The notes beneath the pieces were generated by a model, which was given only the letters and a program-made list of their open reading frames with translations, searched no databases and was not told the DNA's origin. DNA of 64,000 bases from Patellaria atrata CBS 101060 (lineage: Eukaryota). Below, one piece after another: positions 24,130 through 36,556 of the stretch. Position numbers and translations under genes: made by a program. The first letter of the stretch is position 1; each line of letters begins with the position of its first letter. The stretch spans positions 2,219,561-2,283,560 of the forward strand of contig MU006089.1 in NCBI GenBank assembly GCA_010093705.1, in the 5' to 3' direction.

Positions 24130-25470
24130 TCACAAGCAATCCCCGAGCAGATCATCCAGCTCATCGAGCTCGATGTTTTCTGGATTTTTGAGATCGGACC
24201 AACCCCAGCCTTCTTGAAGCAATAGCTCCTCGCCCAATGGACCCCTGACATCCTCCATCTCATCTGCGAACGTGACCTTTTTGGGTTGAGGGGCTGGGGT
24301 CGGTTTGATCAGCGGACTGCTGGAGACACCTCTCATCGCAGATACGGAAAGGTGATCAGAACCGAACAGTGCGGCCGCGGCTTCCCTGTTACGTTGCGCC
24401 GCACGCTCCTCCGTCTCCTCGGTCGTCTCTAGCGGCGGGCCATCCATGGTGATCTCCGGTGTCCTATTTCCATCCATCGATGCTTTATTTTCTAATTCTC
24501 TGCTCTTGCGCCTTTGCTGGAGTGAGCTGGCGGTCTGCGTAAACTCGCGTTCGTCTCGTTCCAGCGGAGGACTGACGGCGCGACGGTTATGAGAGTGATT
24601 ATTCGAGGAAGGTGGATGCGTCCCATCGCGGGATATGGAGCCATGCCTTGAGAATTGATCGCTTGTAGACTCGTCTTCTAGCTCTGGAGAGCTTAGATCT
24701 ACTTCTGGCGAAGGTGAGAGTTGTGCGCGCTCGCGAGCATCTGAGAATGCTTCCTCATCGTCATCAGCCGCAGACGAAAGCGACGGTGAAATGATGCGAC
24801 TCGCAGCTGCCGGAGTTGTAGGAGGTTCGGGGAAGTCTTGTCGCGGGCAGTTGGTCAGGTAGAAGTACATACGCTTAGGGTGGGTGCCAATGAGCTCTTT
24901 GCCGAGCGGGCATCGAGCTAATGCACTCCATGGTCTGCGCAAGTATATTGAAAGTCGATTCGAGATGATTGCAGCAGGATTTGCGGAGCTGTACGGATTG
25001 TTAGCGATGTCCGTGAAGCCAAGCGTATGGTTGTGCATGTCATACCTTTGGACAATGGGGACAGTATTGGAGAGCACAGCAGCGAGTTCTTTGACCAGAT
25101 GAGGTCTGTTACCCGTCTTTTCTAGTTGTTCAATGACACCGACCACGATATCATCATCGATGCCTCGCGTGTCGACTTTGTACCCTCCCGCGTCGCCCGG
25201 AGATGGTGGCGGGGTCTGTTCCGCCACCCGGCCTGCACTCACCGGACGTTCATTTCGAATGGCAATACTTGAGGATTTGGGTGGACTCTTGGGCGACGGT
25301 GAAGTAGCTGACAGTAAGCTGTGCGACCTCTTCACTTTTTTTGAAGGTGGTTGATCGTTGGAGGTGGTGCTAGGCGGTGAGCGGTGGGATGACGATCGCG
25401 AGCTATCCTTGGGAAGCTGGATACCGAGCGATGGCAAGGACAATGACTTTCTCCTTGTATTGTACGGCAT
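24130..25470 (-). CDS. GDS1-like winged-helix domain protein
   Basis: 'MPYNTRRKSLSLPSLGI' start and 'SANPAAIIS-RL...CPL-KELI--HPKRMYFYLT' core, ending in the 'PENIELDELDDLL' tail. In-frame intron at 24989-25045. Confidence 0.7.
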   Translation of the reverse strand: MPYNTRRKSLSLPSLGIQLPKDSSRSSSHRSPPSTTSNDQPPSKKVKRSHSLLSATSPSPKSPPKSSSIAIRNERPVSAGRVAEQTPPPSPGDAGGYKVDTRGIDDDIVVGVIEQLEKTGNRPHLVKELAAVLSNTVPIVQRYDMHNHTLGFTDIANNPYSSANPAAIISNRLSIYLRRPWSALARCPLGKELIGTHPKRMYFYLTNCPRQDFPEPPTTPAAASRIISPSLSSAADDDEEAFSDARERAQLSPSPEVDLSSPELEDESTSDQFSRHGSISRDGTHPPSSNNHSHNRRAVSPPLERDEREFTQTASSLQQRRKSRELENKASMDGNRTPEITMDGPPLETTEETEERAAQRNREAAAALFGSDHLSVSAMRGVSSSPLIKPTPAPQPKKVTFADEMEDVRGPLGEELLLQEGWGWSDLKNPENIELDELDDLLGDCL

Positions 25471-28222
25471 TTTGGGGTACAGATGGAGATGGTGATTGAG
25501 ATTGAAATAATGATGATATGGTGGATGAAGATCGGTATGAGGCGAAAATGTTATGCTCTGTTCCTCTCACTTGTCAACTGATCGTTGTCGCGCGACCGGT
25601 AGAAGAGGTTAGGTTTTCTTTAGTGTCGATTTTCCTGGGGGAGTTTGTTGTGCTGGATGGAAGAAATTGGTAACCCTTGCTTTTCGGGTGATGTTATTGG
25701 TTGCCGCAGGAACTTTTGGAATGCACAACGGTCAGACGGTGAGACTGGTCCTTGCCTAAAGCATCAATCGCATATGCGGGCCTCAGACCTCTAATCCCGG
25801 TCCTAAACAGAAAAAAAAAGTTGGAGTGTCAAAATCTTTTTGCCTGATGTTGTAAAACGACAGGACAAAGTATTGGTGAGGGGAGTTTGTCGCAGAGGTG
25901 ACGGCAAAGAATAAAGATCAAAGGTTTCCGTTTATTGCGGCGGCGAATCCTTTCAGGGGAGAAATATGAATGGTAAACGGACAGCTTCGATGACAGCTGG
26001 TCCACGTAACTTGGTATTGGGAGCACTCAAAACGTCGACCCGCAACCTTGAGCTTTTTCTATGCGCCACTACTGCAGAAACGTAGATGACTGAAGTTGTT
26101 GCAGCTAAAAGTGGAGATGTCAAGCCAAGATGGATTCGATGGAAGAAGATGTGATGGACGATGAAGATGCAAGTCCAAGAAGATGATGTTGGGATGGGAA
26201 AGTCGAAGGTTGGATGGAGGGGAAGAGAGATGCACGGAAAGAAGGGGGGGGGGGGGCCGTTGGTGGTGAGAGGAGGATGAGGGATGGGAATTGGGAAAGG
26301 GCAAAAGCATCTCAAGAGGTCAAGATGGAAGGAAGGCATGGGGGAGAATGGATGGGGGAGAATGGATTTGGGGGCACAGACGGGGGCAGACTGGGCTCTA
26401 CGGTATGGTTCACTACTGGCGGCTGGTTGCACTGCGCTACGGGGTAAAAAGGGTGCCCCTACTGGTCCATTTGCTGGAATACTGGGGGTATTAAGGGCTA
26501 CGGAAGTTGTGGAAACCTGCACAGAAGGAACGAAAATGTTTAATGGCAGAAAGTACGAAACGCCCGACCTGGCAAGCTGGGCAGCGAGGGCTTCGCTAGT
26601 ATCAAAATAGTAACGACTCAACTCCATACTTAGGCGAAGGCGTACAGCATGCAAGGCTCATCATAACCCAAACAGCGACCACTTCGGATTCCTACTTTTG
26701 TCTGCTGCCAGCAACCTAAGTCGGATTATCGCTTTATGGCACATCTTAAGACAAAGAACATAAGTCAAGATAGCATGTCCAATGATTACGTCTTCTTATA
26801 GGAAACCTTCGGAATCTAACGAAAGTCTACTGGATAGTAAGGAATACTACCGTATTAGGCGTCAGCGTAAAGGTTCAAACTGCCCCTACACCATTTCATA
26901 GACTATCTGGGGTACATAACGATTTTCTTTGTCTGATACCTGGTTCTTTTATCTCTCACGTGCGAAGAGAACACGGAACCTTGAAGCAATATATCGGAAG
27001 AAATCAAGTTGGATGTCTGATCGTGTGCGTGGTAGCCTTGAGAAAAACACCGTAGCCCCTATGACGATGCTGATAGACGGGAGTTGTTTTATTTCATAGT
27101 GCTGCCTTAACTATATACAGTAAACAAAGGTGAAGATCCGATGTATTTTGCATCACTGACTGACAAACGTCGTCGAGCATCACCACAGAGACGGAAACAC
27201 CACACATCGCCGCATCTTGGGATTTTCGGATTTCTTCCTTTGTCCCTTTTGGCATGCTTGAAGCCATTAACCCCTGCCGGCTTCAAGTTTAGGCTCCTCG
27301 CCCTAATGTAAATACTTAAATAGTGTCACACGGCGCCCACTTAGGCACAGCCGCTACACTGTCCCGTAAAACCGTCAAATCGTCCGGCGCACATGGAATG
27401 AAGAAAAAACGAACCTTTTTTTCCCCTTGGGCTTGTTGGCCGTTCAGGCCGTGCCTTTGGTGTCTTTGATGCTTTTTTTGTGCCTCTTTTTGGCTTGTGA
27501 CGGGAAACTCTTTTGCCCGTTGCCCCTCTCAGCCCCTCTATATCCTTTTTGGCTCGGAATATCCAACCGAATCTTCTCAACAATGAAAAGAAAAGACCAC
27601 GTTTTGGTATGCCGTATCCCAAGACGCAGATTGCCTTCGTTGTCAACAAATCTCATAACTTGTCACACATCCAATATTGACTATTCCCGTTGATGGTGTT
27701 GTAAACCTAGGGATGACTGCAGAAAGAGAGAGTGATGTAAGACAGCCGGTGAGAGCTCTGACCAGTAGTCTAGATTGACAGTGATACTGTGATAAGGTTG
27801 CGATAGATGATTATATCCCCCAAGTTTCCACATCGTAACGTCTTCCAGCTCACTGGACAGCTAAGCGTCATTACTTTCAAGTTAAACGACGTCTGTCTGC
27901 ATCCGCGTGAATCGGGAAGTGGATTCCTTTAAGCTGATTACTGATGTTGTGTAGCGAGTCATCAGTCGTGTGCCCGCTGCCGCTCCATCACACCAACAAA
28001 GAAACTTTCCGGGACCTGCATCTCTAGTCTCTAATCCATCATTCGCGGAGGAGATGCGATGTTGATCTTTTTGAGCCCCCGTGCGTACTTCCGGATACTC
28101 ACCTCGGTTCGTGTAGATCGGTCCGGACAAAAACCTGAATATGGGACGGAAGTGAAGAAGTGATGTCGATAGTCCAATAGTTGGTTTCGAACTCTCGGTA
28201 AGATTAGACGAAATATCATGGA

Positions 28223-29206
28223 TCACTTCCACAAGCTCCATCCAGAATTATTACTTTGTGTGACCTTCTCCACAGTCTGTTGCTGCATGTCTGACTGTAT
28301 TATTCGCGAATCGTCCCGCTGCGTGTTCCGCGCCTTAGGTTTGAGCTCCACCCACCATGTGGTCCCAAAGTTGTATCTCTTGATTTTAACAACTTCCAAG
28401 CCACTGTCTTCCACTATCCTTCCGATATCTTTGTTCCACCAGCAACCGTGCTTGTCTGCGTGTGCAGCTGCAGTCTTGTCTAATAGATTATCGAGCCATT
28501 GATAGTGCGATTTGCCATGCTCCAGTAACAATATCTGTCCGCCATCTTGCTTTACCATTTCTCCCATGTTCTTTAGCAATACCACTGGTTCCGGAGTCGA
28601 GCATAACCCCATGGTCTGAATAACTGTATCAAAACCTTCAGGTTCGGGACATGGTACTGGTTTCGCAGCTGATTGTACTCGAAATGCAACTCTCTTGAAG
28701 AGATGTAGCTCCTCCCATTTTTTCTTTGCAATATCAATCATCGGGACACTTTGATCCACGAATGTGATGGACTTGCAATCCTGCAGGTTGTAGTATGGGA
28801 AATTTCTCCCCGTTCCGACAGAGGTTTCCAGCACATGTCCCCTTGCGAGCTTTGTCAACGACTTTCTGTATCTATTCATTCCCATAAGCCATTCTGAACA
28901 ATCAACCTCGCTATCAAATCCCTCCGCAGTATTATCGTATCTATTCGTGACATCGAGTGGTACATCTTTCTGATAATCTCTTGTCAATCCTTTGTAGACG
29001 GCGACACTGTAGAAGCTGATCCCGAAAACGATCGCTGTCCCGACAAATAGCGGCAAGACCCTGAACCGTGCGAGTTCTCGGTGATTTGTTGGAGACTGTG
29101 GTATTCCTGAAGAATTTGATACCGGATTCCGTGGACGATATTGAAGCGGTTGTGGTGTATGTTGTCTTCGTGAAGTCGAAGAATCCGGACACGATTTAAT
29201 ACTCAT
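28223..29206 (-). CDS. SAM-dependent methyltransferase, OMS1-like (mitochondrial); start uncertain
   Basis: Single TM segment followed by 'VLETSVGTGRN', 'FDTVIQTMGLCS', 'LLLEHG' and 'GCWWNKDI'. Confidence 0.8.
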   Translation of the reverse strand: MSIKSCPDSSTSRRQHTPQPLQYRPRNPVSNSSGIPQSPTNHRELARFRVLPLFVGTAIVFGISFYSVAVYKGLTRDYQKDVPLDVTNRYDNTAEGFDSEVDCSEWLMGMNRYRKSLTKLARGHVLETSVGTGRNFPYYNLQDCKSITFVDQSVPMIDIAKKKWEELHLFKRVAFRVQSAAKPVPCPEPEGFDTVIQTMGLCSTPEPVVLLKNMGEMVKQDGGQILLLEHGKSHYQWLDNLLDKTAAAHADKHGCWWNKDIGRIVEDSGLEVVKIKRYNFGTTWWVELKPKARNTQRDDSRIIQSDMQQQTVEKVTQSNNSGWSLWK

Positions 29207-29600
29207 CAATTCGGTATAGAGATGTCCCGCAAAGGGCGTTGTGGTGTAAGGTAGCAGAGTCAATTGCTGCAAGTCTCTCACGTGAGGAGTACGTTACGCT
29301 GTGTGATGTGGTCAATCGACGAATTAGCGTCCAATCGATGGTGTTGCAAATGGTGTTGTAAATGTTTCGTCGCGGTTTAGAGATCGAACTTTGATATCAA
29401 GCTACATTAGGACGCCAAGTTTGACCGACGTTTTCCGTCACTTCCATCTCAACCTCCAACCATCGAACAGCCGATAACGCACCAGCTCGGGGATTTTTAA
29501 AAGATGAATTCCGTATCTCCTAATCTTTATATAATACCTATGTATCTTCTCTTTACTTTTGTGAATGTGTCGGATAGTTATGGGGATATATTAAAGGACA

Positions 29601-31286
29601 ATGGCTACTCTTAATGACAAGACAAGACCTATTCCATCTTCCATCCTTATTGTCGGCTCCGGCGTCTTTGGCCTATCGACAGCATATGAGCTTGCTAAGG
29701 ATGTGAAATACAATAATACTAAGATAACTCTTGTAGACAGATCTGTCTTTCCGTCAGCAGATGGCTCAAGTGTGAGTATATTCCAACAAATCTATCTCCT
29801 GCACCGTCTATCTTATGTTCGTTTTTTAAAGATAAGCTCCCTACTTTCTCAGTAGCAAGGAAAAAAGACAAAATATCATTTGTATAAGATTCAAAAGTCA
29901 GTATTTCCATCAGTTTAGAACATGCGTCTTCTCGTTCCTTAAAACCATAATACCACTTTTCTACCTCAACACCCATACCTTATCCACCTCAACCCTTTCC
30001 CCCTTTTACACTACCCATCCTCCTACTTCGTCTCCCCTCTTCCTCTCCTTAACCTACCCTCTCAGATCGACACCTCCCGCATCATCCGCGCCGACTACGC
30101 CGACCCAGCCTACAGCGCCCTAATGGCCCTCGCCCACACGCACTGGCACGGCCCCCTCGGCGCCTCAGGCCGCTACCACGAAGCCGGGCTGGTCCTCACC
30201 GGCGACCCCGGCCAAAATGAAGACTACGTCCTGGGTTCCCTGGCCAACGTCCTCGCCCTCGAAGCCGCAGCGCTGAAAGCCAACCCCTCGGTCCCCTCCC
30301 GCGGGCTCAAAGCCGTGGAAGTGCTGCGCTCTAGAGATGAGATCAAGTCGGCGATGAACGGTACCGGCGCGGCGGGGAGTATGGGATACCTGAACCGGCG
30401 GAGCGGATGGGCGGACGCGGAAGCTTGTATGCGCTGGCTTCGAGAACAGGTCGAGGGGACGGGACGGGTGGAGTTTGTCAAAGCGACCGTTGTCCGACTT
30501 CTCTTCGACCGCTCGTCCACTCCCCCGCGCGTCACCGGTGTCAGACTATCAGACCACGACCCAGATACTCTAACCGCCGACCTCACCATCCTTGCGGCTG
30601 GCGCGTGGACACCAAGTCTACTAGACCTCCGCGGCATCGCCACCGCGACCGGGCAGATAATAGCGTACATCCCCCTCACGGAGCCCGAACAAGCGACGCT
30701 GGGAAAAAACCCCACGATCCTCCACCTCTCCAGCGGCATGTTCGTGATAACGCCGCACAACCGCCTCCTCAAGATCGCACGTCACGGCTACGGCTACGCT
30801 AACCCGACGCTGATCCCGCACCCGGAATCTCCAATACCGTCGTCCCTCTCCCCTGAAGAAGGAACTATAATAGTCTCCCTCCCGAGCCCCGACACAACCA
30901 CCCTCCCCCCCGAAGCCCACACCGCTTTCCGCCATACCCTGACTCAACTCCTCCCCGCCCTCGCGACCCGCCCCTTCGCCCGCACGCGCATATGCTGGTA
31001 CACCGACACGCCGACCGGCGACTTCCTGCTCTCCCACCACCCCCTCTATGCGGGTCTCTTCGTCGCCACGGGTGGGTCGGGGCACGCGTTCAAGTTCTTA
31101 CCTGTTATCGGGGATATGGTTGTGCAGGCGCTGGAGGGACGGTTGGAGGAGGGGTTGGCGCGGAAGTGGGGGTGGCCTGGGGAAAGGTTGAAGGAGGGGG
31201 GATGGGGTGGGGATGGGAGTCGTGCGGGGGGGAGGGGTATGGTTTTGGCTGTGGAGATGAGGAAAAAGGAAAACGGAAAGTTGTGA
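29601..31286 (+). CDS. FAD-dependent oxidase of the sarcosine / pipecolate / fructosyl-amino-acid oxidase family
   Basis: Rossmann motif 'ILIVGSGVFGLSTA'. Intron 29772-30065 joins 'DGSS|IDTSRIIRADY'. Also 'ICWYTDTPTGDF' and 'ATGGSGHAFKFLP'. Confidence 0.88.
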
Positions 31287-31322
31287 AGGAGGCGGGAGGA
31301 GGAGGAGGAGGAGGAGGAGGAG
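31287..31322. repeat. (GGA)n microsatellite just after the oxidase stop codon
   Basis: ggaggaggaggag... tract read directly. Confidence 0.8.
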
Positions 31323-32455
31323 AGGGGGGGAAATTGGAGCGGGGAAGAAAGATGGGGGGATGGGGAATGGGGGAACGGGGGGATCTGTGATATATGGTAT
31401 AAGAGTGATGATCTCTGTCTCATTGTATTGTGGGGATTTGACGAGCTTGTTGGACACTTAAGGTAGCGTTTGCATTACTTGTCTGTGGGTGGAAAGCTTT
31501 GTCCGTGTTGTAGACGAATGCAACTAAACCTAATCTCAAAAGTTTGCGAGAGTCCGTCATAATGGTAATGCAGGAGAGGGTGGCCGTGTCTCTTCAGAAC
31601 CTTAAAGCATGCTGTAAGTTCAAACGTGCGCAGGTACGTAGAGTAGCAAAAGGTATGGACGGGAGTGAACGTCGATCATACTAAAGCTATCAAAGTCAAG
31701 TGATTCAATAGAACACCAAGCAAGTAACATCACATATATCCAAAAGCGCAAAATAGTTGATCGAGATATCTTTTCGTATAATATAGATGGGAATAAGCCC
31801 CAAGATCAGTCCAGCATGCAGAGAGGCATACTTCAAGACCGATACTACGTGCAATAAGCTCAACCACCACCGAAGACCATAGCTTCAAAACGGCAGCTAG
31901 AGGGTCTTCCAAACAAACATCTGCCAGCCAGTCTCAATCTCTTGTCATCCTTCATGCAATCTACTTCCACCACCAAATGGCAAGCCAAAGCTTCCATTCA
32001 ATAGAAAAACCAAGACTAATTATCGACGATAACTATTCGCCCACGCGCAATTCCGCCGCCAATGGAAGCGAGCGTGTGCCCCGAACCATTCTAAGTGTGT
32101 TGGAAAAGGAAATGAAACAGACATTTTATGATGAAAGGAGCCTCCAGGTAGAAAACTCCATGATACCAGACCGCCGGAACACCATGCAATGCCGCAATTA
32201 ACAACAGATAAACAATGCAAATGAAAATGAGGAGGAGATGAAACCCTATGCAGAATAGACTGCTTGGGTGAGGTGGCTAAAGCTTTTCCACAAGGCGTTT
32301 CCTGCAATAAGGTTGCGTCGGTCGACCGATCGAGAAGCGACACCGGACTCAAGATCGGTCTGTAGGCGAAGCATTAAAACAGGAGCTTATGATGATAGTA
32401 CATGGTGTCAGTGATGAATCACCTGTCCACAGAGACCATGCTTGACTGGAACCGA

Positions 32456-33359
32456 TCAAGGCTTGCGGAAATCTAGGACAAGTTAGAAGAAAGCTCACTC
32501 GAAAGAATATATCAAGGTTAATTACCTGAGAGAACGGGGTAGATCATCTCGAAAGCTTGATAGATTTCCTCGCGAACTTTGGCACCAGTGAGCACGATTT
32601 TGCCGGAGACGAAGATGAGAAGCACAATCTTGGGCTTCATCATACGATAGATCAAACCGGGAAACAACTCAGGTTCATAAGAGCTGAAGTTGTGATGACG
32701 ATTTGCCAAGCCTTCAAGGCGGATGGGGAACTTGATGTCGCAGGAGCCGACGATATTCTGGATCTTGAAGTCGGTGAACTTCGCATTGAAACCAAGCTTC
32801 TGAATTATACGAGCGTACTTGCGGGATGCAAGTTTTGAGTCGTCTTCAGATTTGGCACCAGTCACAACCATCTTCCCAGATGCGAAGATGAGCGCAGTTG
32901 TCTTGGGTTCACGGATACGCATGATGACGGCCGCGAAACGCTACAGGATGGTATTTAGTTGAGGAAAGAACATAGAGCGAACGGAAGGGCATTTACCTTT
33001 GGATTGTATTCGGCATTGCGAGCATGCAAGGCAATCGTCTTGAGATCCAAGCGACAATCAAGATTGACGGTGGCGACGATATTCCTTTACGAAGTTATAA
33101 CCTCTTGTCAGAAACAATGAGGTTGGATCAATACTCACTGAAGGACTGGCACAATGCCACTCACGCCCTGGCCAGCACCTGGAGTGGCAGCCGGGGTCGC
33201 AGGTGTAACGCCGTTCCCGGCACTGTTGCCCTGAACTTGTCCATCTTTTTCAGAAGGGGGTGTCATGTCGCCGACTCCACCTGGGAAGGAAAGAGAGGCT
33301 GGTGATGTAAAGGCCTTGGCCTGTTGCACAGTCGCTGGATGAGTAGTGAGAGTATCCAT
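32456..33359 (-). CDS. SPT15: TATA-binding protein
   Basis: Motifs '[16 protein letters not shown]', '[29 protein letters not shown]' and '[14 protein letters not shown]'. Three introns; the last exon reads DFRKP-stop. Confidence 0.97.
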
Positions 33360-33586
33360 GATGACGATTGATGACGGAAGAGAAAACTTGGTCGAGATCG
33401 AATTTGCGACAACAAAATTCGCGAGGTGAAAGTCAAGCAATCAGCAGTCTGAGAGGTCAGGCAATGTTAGAATAGGTCGATCCAAGAAGGGAAAAGAAAA
33501 AAAAAAAAAAGGAAAGGAAACTGTGCTTGAGCGACCTTGATGACCTTGAGATCGACGACAGTGAGGTGAGGTGCCTCGTCTTTGAT

Positions 33587-33607
33587 CGGTCGGTCGGTCG
33601 GTCGGTG
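33587..33607. repeat. (GGTC)n tetranucleotide repeat upstream of TBP
   Basis: cggtcggtcggtcggtcggt read directly; a poly-A tract lies at about 33497-33510. Confidence 0.7.
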
Positions 33608-36110
33608 GATGCTCAAACTAGGTTGTAGTAGGGTTATATCGTACCGTCGTGGGAGATCAACTATTGAAAGCCTCCCCTACAGCAAATGCCTAAAGTTTCA
33701 AGCTTGTCTTTCGAGAAGTGTCTGACGGCGATCCAACAAATAGGCGTCGATCAAGTTAAGTCGACGAATAGAGATCAAAGAGAATACCAGCTTGCCTTTG
33801 ATCAAAGGCGTCGAGATGAAGAAGAGAGATGCGGGGGGGGAGAAGTGAGGTTGTGGTGGGGGTTGAGCGAAAGTTATCGCGATTTGTCGTGCCTTGTCGA
33901 AAATTGGCTATTCCGGATGTGGAAGAAGTCAGAAAAGGTACCTTTTGATATAAAGGACGATTTCCTTGGGGTTTCAGAAATGTTGTAATTAAGAAAATGT
34001 GATTATTGAGGGCAGCAAGAAGGCGTTGAGTGTCTTGATGCTGTTTGATTCTGAGATGTAGAAGTGTTGGAGGCTGTAGTGCGGATGGCGGGCGCAAACA
34101 ACCGAACGTGCAAAATGAGCGAAATTGAGCTTAGGGGGGGACGGGCCTTTAAGTACTCCAGGCAGCAGCAGCGAGAAAAAAAGGGAGGCGCGCACTGTCC
34201 AGGTCAACAATGTCCCATCCCTGCTTCTTTCCCTGCTGTTGTCATGACCCGTATCCACTTAAAAGCAGTTAGACCCATGATCCTTGTCGAAAAGGGAGCT
34301 ATACTGTCAATTAGGCTGACGCACTGTTCTCTGAACCACATCAACCACTGGCACTCAGCATAAATTTCACCAATGAAAGCGTCACGGCATCACAGCCTCA
34401 TCTTTCTTTCTTTCTGCCGGGGCTGGCCCCAAATTCCAACATCCTCACCACCCAACTTTCCAACCCCAGAGGAATCCATCTCACAACAGCCACCGGAAAT
34501 ATTCAAAGGAGCCACCTAAACTTCCGTAGCACACATCTCTCGCCATCCATCAGACTTTTCCGCGATAAGGGATAATGTGTCCCCTATTGTCGGCGATACC
34601 ATTGTTACCTTGTTATTGCTATTGTCGATTTTCTCCCCTATTGACAATTCCCCCCCCTGCAGGCATGATGTTTTCGATCATGTTTGGGCTCTCCCGATCG
34701 GGCAGCCTCGGCTGGCTGCAAACGTTTCAAACTTACCCTTTGCCAAGCCAATCACCCAGTGTCCGCGTCACCCACGAACTCTCCTGTCCCCCAATGGCTC
34801 TTTCCTACGCCCCGCCCTGACAGGATGAGTCGAGCAACAAAAACATAACAATATCCCATCAGACTATGCAGTCAAATCGCGGGCCCCGGAAAGATAAAGA
34901 AGACCCTGAATATGACCTGCTTACATGCATTAAGGTGTCATCTGGGGTATCATCATTCTTCTTCAACTAAGGTAAAAGAGATGCACTCAACATCCATCGG
35001 CCTTGTATGATTTAAAACCCGTTGCCCGATGGACTTCAGCTGAGCGCTTGCCGGATGTCGCACGTGCAGGAACGGTCTGGCCAATCCTTTGCGCATGAAT
35101 CCATCTGCATTTGCGGAACACTACTCAAACCAACTTCACCGAAACACTCTACCTTACAGGCGACCCATAGAATGATCGCGATGACAGTAACCTTACTGTG
35201 ACCATATCCCGCTCTTCCTTTCTGCCTATCGGTTTTTATTCGTGGCGATAACCAGTAGCGCTGGGGCAATATTTTCGTCATCTTGCTACGGCATTACCGG
35301 TCGTACATTCCCTGTTGCCTTACCCTCCGCATCTAGCCGTGGTACTCCAGTCATCAAGATAACTCGTATCCACGGTATCCTAGAAAATATTGTATAGCGA
35401 AAGAAAGAGCTTGGAAGGTAGGGATGGCAAATTTGATATTGGTCGCGAAGAGATGGCGGTTCAGGATCAAAGTAAGAGCAGAGGAAGTCCTTTACCGAAC
35501 CAGCGATTTACACCTACGTCCTGTTGAAGATTTCGTTTGGATACCAAAGGCTGGCACAGAATACCACTCCAGGCGGAAGCCTTATCGCCTGAGCAACCGT
35601 CAATGAATTTGAAGGAATTGTTGATCTGCGTTTTTGTCTAGAACTGGATCAAGGTCTTCAAATCAGAGCCATGAGGGAAGGTGTATCTATAGACTCAAGG
35701 TAGGTGGTAGTTTCCGGATTTGGCAAGTACGCAGAAGGGAAGAGGTAGGTAAGTCGTTGGATTTCGTCATTGGATTTCGTCATCAGTCACGACCTGAAGT
35801 ATGGTACCTTAAAGCAGTGTCATACTAAGGTGTCTTTCAAATAAATCATAGCGAACATCAGTCATCGCATGCAGTACAGCTCAGCTATTAGTGTCATATA
35901 GATCATATAGTTCATAAAATAGCACTCAAAACCTAGAATTACAGAAAAAAGCACGTTAATAGTCAGTTCAGCAAAAAGTAGCAAAGCATCATCTTAATGT
36001 AGTTTTAACATTCATTCGAACAGTGAGAAATACCTTCCATTCTCCCAAAGGTGATCTAAATCTCTCCACATCCCCCTCCCCCCTCCCTCAACTAAATTTC
36101 CCCTATCAAA

Positions 36111-36556
36111 TCAAACTCCCCCCGCCCCAAACTCCCTCAAAACCCTCCCCGCATCCCCCTCATCCCCCTCATCCCCCCAATCCACCCTAACTCCCCTCCA
36201 CTCCCTCGCACACTCCCCACATCCCCCGAACCCGCCCCAAAACCTCACCTCCGGCCGCCTACACCGTCCCGGTAACAACAGCGTCCCCCGGTTCAGCGCT
36301 CTCAGCATGTTCGTCGGCAACGATACTCCGCTCCGCTGTAAGGCGAATAGCTCCGCGGCGTTTTGTTGCAGGACGTCGCTGGCGGGGAGGTCGCGGGAGG
36401 CGGCGGCGCAGAAGACCCAGAGGTCCGTTTGCGGGGGGGTGGAGGGGTTGGATTTGAGGGTGGAGGGGGAGCGGATCGGGAGGCTGGAGGTGGTGGTTGT
36501 GGGTCTGGGGGGTTGTGGGGGCAGGGTGGGTGGAGGGGATGGGTGACGATGCACAT
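36111..36556 (-). CDS. Small Cys/His-containing hypothetical protein, apparently frameshifted in a C-rich tract
   Basis: TATAAAA upstream (~36698-36704). ATG gives 'MCIVTHPLHPPCPH' in one frame, while 'DLWVFC...GCGECAREW' lies in another. Confidence 0.4.

Noticed and set aside
25953..26654. 233-aa minus-strand ORF upstream of the GDS1-like gene
   Set aside because: Low-complexity translation of a purine/pyrimidine-biased tract with a non-ATG start; more likely promoter or UTR.
34500..35830. Possible decayed gene on the minus strand
   Set aside because: Only short protein-like fragments with many stops; no family could be assigned.
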